From assembly GCA_965112735.1 (NCBI GenBank), contig OZ218963.1:1612001-1676000 (forward strand): DNA of 64,000 bases. Reading direction: 5' to 3'. The position numbers and the translations under genes were made by a program. Shown one piece after another: positions 61,319 through 64,000 of the stretch. The notes beneath the pieces are model-generated. The model was not told the origin of the DNA and did no database searches. It saw only the letters and a list, made by a program, of their open reading frames with translations. The first letter of the stretch is position 1; the number at the start of each line of letters is the position of its first letter. The DNA is from Phaeosaccion multiseriatum. Taxonomy: Eukaryota > Protista > Ochrophyta, other classes.

Positions 61319-61805
61319 AGAGAGAAAGAGAGAAAGAGAGAGAGAGAACAGGGAGACGCAGCCGACAGGGTGAGAACTACTTACGAAAGCAGAGCAAGGA
61401 AGGCGGAGGATGACTGGTCCCTCCGTTTTCCTTCTCACCTGTTCCACATGTCCCCGAAGAAATCTGTCCTTCCACAATCTTCCCTCGCGAGGTCAATTGT
61501 CTCTTTCACACAATAGGTTGTCCTATAGGCGAAAGCAGGCAGTAGTTGTGAGATGATCAGAATGGAGGGCCTGGTAACGGTGGGCACAAGGAGGGGGTTC
61601 CCAAGGCCACGTACCTGAACTCTGGACAGATAACGTACTGATCTGGCATCGTCATTGTGCTGAAGCATTTCAGTGCGGTCTGAGGATAATCATCCACTTG
61701 ATAGCTGTAAGTCTGAGCCTTCGTCTCTAGGGCTTGCCGGCCCAGTAGTACAGCTACAAGTAGGCACTTCGTTAGTGCTGCCACTCCACCTGTCCGCGAC
61801 AACAT
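60971..61805 (-). CDS. Secreted, putatively GPI-anchored Cys-rich protein with a three-finger (Ly6/uPAR/LU)-like pattern; exons 61805-61615, 61522-61439 and 61202-60971
   Basis: Signal peptide (ALTKCLLVAVLLG), a 10-Cys domain ending CCQENYCN, then SA, a spacer and a hydrophobic tail; two phase-2 GT-AG introns give 168 aa. Confidence 0.8.
61245..61347. repeat. (GA)n tract in an intron
   Basis: Directly visible. Confidence 0.9.
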
Positions 61806-62364
61806 TCCTCCTCCTTGCCAAGGAACGACCATTCTATCCCTGGAGTGGCATGCGAAGGGCTAGCTTACTCTCCATAGTCTCGACAACTGAAAAATGTGAG
61901 GAGCAAGAAATTTCCGAAACCGCCGGTTTCCTTTTTTTTTTTTTCTTTTTTTTTACTGTAGACAAGCGGACCTTGAGCAAAGTGTGGATAGGAGCAAGGA
62001 ACAAGGTTTTCAATACGGACCTTGTTCCAGGAGCTGCAGGTTAGAATATCATCCCACACATGGCCACACCCGCGGTGAAGTCTTGATACTCCTTCCCCCC
62101 CCTCACCCTCCCCTACGAGCTTGCCGGCTAACTATCGCCAGCAGTGACTGGCTAAGAAGCATGTCGATGGCGGGCGACAAAGGTCCGATTGATGGGGGCA
62201 TTTCAGGAGCAGGGGAAGGAGGGGGAGGCGGACCCTGTCGAAGATACCAGCCCATGTGACTGGTACGGGGACATGTGCGTGGCTGGGCACCGACCTGCAG
62301 GACTTCGTCTCGGCGGCCGCTCTTCTCTGCTCCGGCCCGCTTGCGGCGTCTTGTTGGTGGAGGT

Positions 62365-62624
62365 TCGACCCCTGAGTTGCTGTTATCTGCTATCTGCGAC
62401 CTGCTATCACCGGCGCCAGCCGGCATGCTATCTGCTATCGCCATCTGCTATCGCCAGCGTCAGCCGACTTTTATCTGCTAGCAATAGCAGACAGCAGCTA
62501 GCTCTCGCCGGCGGTGGCAGCTGACGGTTGGCCGGCTGGTAGCAGGTCAAGGCCGGCGGTAGCAGATATAACACGCCGGCTGGCGCCGGCGTTGGCAGAT
62601 AGCAGATAGCGCGTCAAGGGTCGA
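62365..62624. mobile_element. 260-bp MITE, gctatct-repeat subfamily
   Basis: TIR tcgacccctga / tcaagggtcga (1 mismatch); inverted subterminal tatctgctatctgc / gcagatagcagatag; flanking direct repeat aggt (4 bp). Confidence 0.75.
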
Positions 62625-63267
62625 AGGTAAGCTTCTAAGTAGCACACTGCGTGGGAAGTGTGCTTCTAAGCTGGTGCGCTGTGTAACCAACCCGTGGCTT
62701 CTTTGTTAGGCATATGCTAGAGTACTACCGGGCTCTGCGGACCCGAGTAGGCCAACTGGCGCCAGCGATAGCAGGTAGCACGTCAGGGGTAGAGTGTAGT
62801 CAGAGTGTAGGGGAGACTTGCCTTCAGAGCCACGGCAGTGGGGGCCCACGTGTACTTGTACGTGTCCGATCCAGCGTTGGTGGAAAGAGTGTGCCACGAA
62901 CATTCAGCTACGCTTCGATAGCGTTAAAGAGTAGCGACAGCCACGGAGCGAATGCAGGCTGAACCCCCACTATGACTAAGCAAATGTATTGTTTGTCGTC
63001 TCGATGAGGCTGGAGGCCTTACCCCTCACCCCCTTTGGTGGGTTTCGTCCCTCAAGTTTGTTCTCCAAAAGAGGGCTGCCGATGTGGTAGGGAGGTTGGG
63101 ACTACGGCCTAAAGAATCCCTTCCTCCCCTACCAGAAATTAAGGAAATTGCAAGAAACTTGCCCCCCTCTCTTGCTCTTCTCTGCATTGTGTCTCTAAAT
63201 CACATCAGTAAATAATGTTGTAGTTAAATATCTTATCTTCCCGGTCCGTTATCCATAAAAGAAGGGT

Positions 63268-63879
63268 TCACTTCTTTTCGGCAGACTTTTTATCGTAGTG
63301 CTGCTTCACCAGGGAGTAGCCCAGTGTGCCCAAGACTGTGTTGCGTTAGGAGCAGGGAGGAAGAAGCAAAGCACGTGGGGTGAGAGGAGTGAGAGTAAGT
63401 CAGAACGATGGAACTGATCGCCGAGCTCATGTTAGATGAGGCTGTCTCCACGTGGTGAGGTGGGCGGTGTCAAGTCATACAAAGCCACACTACCCCACGA
63501 AAGGGATGAAGCGAATACACTGGAGGACCGATTGGTCTCGATACGAAGGGCAATGAAGCTATAAAGGGACGCGACGGACTGACAGCAGAGGCAGCTGAGT
63601 GGCGTGACAAACTCACAAGATAAAAAAATCGCCCCAAGATAGTGGACTTTAGACACAGAGAAACACTCGCTAAGAGTTTGAGAGTCAACGATCAGCAGCA
63701 CCACTTACTGGCGATGGTGGAGCCTGCAATGGAGAGAGGTGACATGGGTGTACGGAAGGCCACGACTGCCGACACGATGATGACCACACGCTTGATGGTG
63801 TTGCCCACCGCGTGAGTCACGGGATCCACTTTGCCCAGGCAAAGGAAGGCGACTTCGTTGTACAGGTAGTAGAAGAGGC
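63268..63879 (-). CDS. TPT: Triose-phosphate/phosphate translocator family, last two exons (63879-63709 and 63335-63268); the gene continues beyond the window
   Basis: GLFYYLYNEVAFLCLGKVDPVTHAVGNTIKRVVIIV...IAGSTIA|ILGTLGYSLVK. Confidence 0.9.
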
Positions 63880-64000
63880 CTGTGGGACAAAGGACGAAAC
63901 CGGGAAACAGAGTGGTTGGTTAGTGGCCAAGGCAGGCTGTCAATTGGAGAGGGGAAAAAATATGAGAGAGAGGGAGGGATAGCAAGAGATATATATATAT

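Overview
Intron-rich, microsatellite-rich eukaryotic DNA. It is most likely from an ochrophyte (stramenopile alga), judging by bipartite plastid-type presequences, a triose-phosphate translocator and a flagellar CCDC96 gene; this assignment is inference. Genes were reconstructed by hand from GT-AG splice sites: a large IQ/C2H2 protein, an ankyrin-BTB protein with a decayed tandem paralog, prohibitin, a J-domain protein, a myosin with a PH tail, a CAP+MABP-like+CCDC96 fusion, PP1, a coiled-coil protein, SAHH, an MFSD5/MOT2 transporter, a NUP42-like nucleoporin, a GH36 raffinose synthase/Sip protein, an IGPS-PRAI fusion (trpCF), a small GPI-type Cys-rich protein and the 3' end of a TPT. The most notable items are: (1) a 1.5-kb non-autonomous TIR element (43607-45151, 6-bp TSD) built from CCTAGG-rich blocks alternating with foreign inserts, one of which is a 148-bp exact exon+intron copy of the SAHH gene 6 kb away; (2) a related set of TCG...CGA MITEs, two of them with 6-bp TSDs; (3) a three-finger (Ly6/uPAR/neurotoxin-like) protein in a non-animal; (4) an in-frame TAG splitting an otherwise intact NUP42. 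All coordinates and alignments were read by eye and no database searches were run.
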